Assembly: GCA_030704615.1 (NCBI GenBank)
Contig: CM060732.1
Coordinates: 42,160,001-42,224,000 of the forward strand
Source: Takakia lepidozioides
Lineage: Eukaryota; Plantae; Bryophyta
Length of the DNA: 64,000 nucleotides
Direction: 5' to 3'
Positions within the stretch are counted from its first letter, which is position 1; each line of letters starts with the position of its first letter. This document shows positions 63,301-64,000 of this stretch, piece by piece. Below the pieces are notes generated by a model that ran no database searches, was not told where the DNA came from, and saw only the letters and a list, made by a program, of their open reading frames with translations. A program made the translations under genes and the position numbers.

Positions 63301-63951
63301 GGCCCATCACTGAAGCCTGTTCGCCCAGGACCTGGCCAATCTACAAGTCCAGTCAAGACTGACATGTCAGCCATACAATGTGCATTGTTTTCTGTGACGA
63401 GTGAGGAACCCCCACTTTTCCATTCATAAAACAGATTATGTGTCAAACTCATCCATGGATAGAATGGTTTCTATGATTTCATGACATCTCCGTCATATGT
63501 CCATTTTAAGCATTACAGTTTCAGTGTTTCACTCCTAGCATTTGCTTGTTTGCTGTGTTCCAACTGAGCTTTGTGGCACCTACAGCAATATCACCACACA
63601 TACCGCCCATTACTACACAATTGGTCCAGACGATTAAACATGGAGGTATCAACGTGAGTGTGAAGCTACATTACCCTGCAACTTCCTGATACCTAGCCAC
63701 CTGTGTACAAATGGTAAGATGCCAAACAGATGACAACAGCCTTTTCTGTCACCATTCCAATATGTATTTCATTTCTACTCCACAAGAAAGGTCCTGATTG
63801 TGCAACTTATACCAAGGGGGCCATGGAACCCACTGGGAGCAGAGCGGCCACCATGTCGACCTTGAGATCTCTCATCCCCACCAAAGCCTGACCCTCTCCC
63901 TCCCATCCCTCCTGCTCGTTCATAAGGAGGGCCCATTCCATCATAACCATA
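57316..63951 (-). CDS. SE: SERRATE/Ars2 RNA-processing zinc-finger protein (5' exons outside window)
   Basis: Exons: REGLMTYKQFIGELEDDILPGEAER (~62803-62877), YEEYKTEFITTQKRSFFEQHKDDDW (~62331-62405), LREKYDP, RNENAKILAKEFITELQGGTLD, the large exon ~60978-61773 (YLWRIHSMDYYG...KIRDEKYGWKYGCGAKGCTKLFHGPEYVHKHLKLKH), PPPVLMPVPGAGPLGPFVPAPPEV, and last exon 57316-57376 SYHDLDAPEDEVTVIDYRSL*. Confidence 0.95.
57420..59400 (-). mobile_element. Decayed LINE-like sequence in the last SERRATE intron
   Basis: Intron of ~2.2 kb, much longer than its neighbours, with fragmentary L1-ORF2-like peptide traces; no intact motif. Confidence 0.35.
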
Positions 63952-64000
63952 CCTGCCCACAAGCAACACAAGCATCAATACATTGTCAATGGAAACTGTG

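Overview
Eukaryotic nuclear DNA from a land plant, most likely a seed-free lineage (inferred from spliceosomal introns, many PLS-class PPR genes and a Tcn1/sushi-like chromovirus). Host genes: a PLS-PPR gene running off the left edge, an O-fucosyltransferase-family gene, RUS2, a secreted Gly/Pro-repeat protein with a frameshift, three decayed PPR paralogues plus one short PPR fragment, and the 3' part of SERRATE. Positions ~4-24 kb are a retroelement nest. A LINE is interrupted by a chromovirus (TSD CTTGC, self-priming PBS) and is abutted by a second Ty3/gypsy element. That second element carries a DNMT3-like cytosine-5 methyltransferase domain between protease and RT, and a PHD finger after the integrase. 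It is degenerate, holds a solo LTR and has an ~8.8 kb internal inversion that hides its architecture. Second highlight: the four main PPR loci are each preceded by exons encoding OSB-type PDF motifs, suggesting a PDF-PPR fusion family. All calls were made by eye from motifs; no database searches were run.
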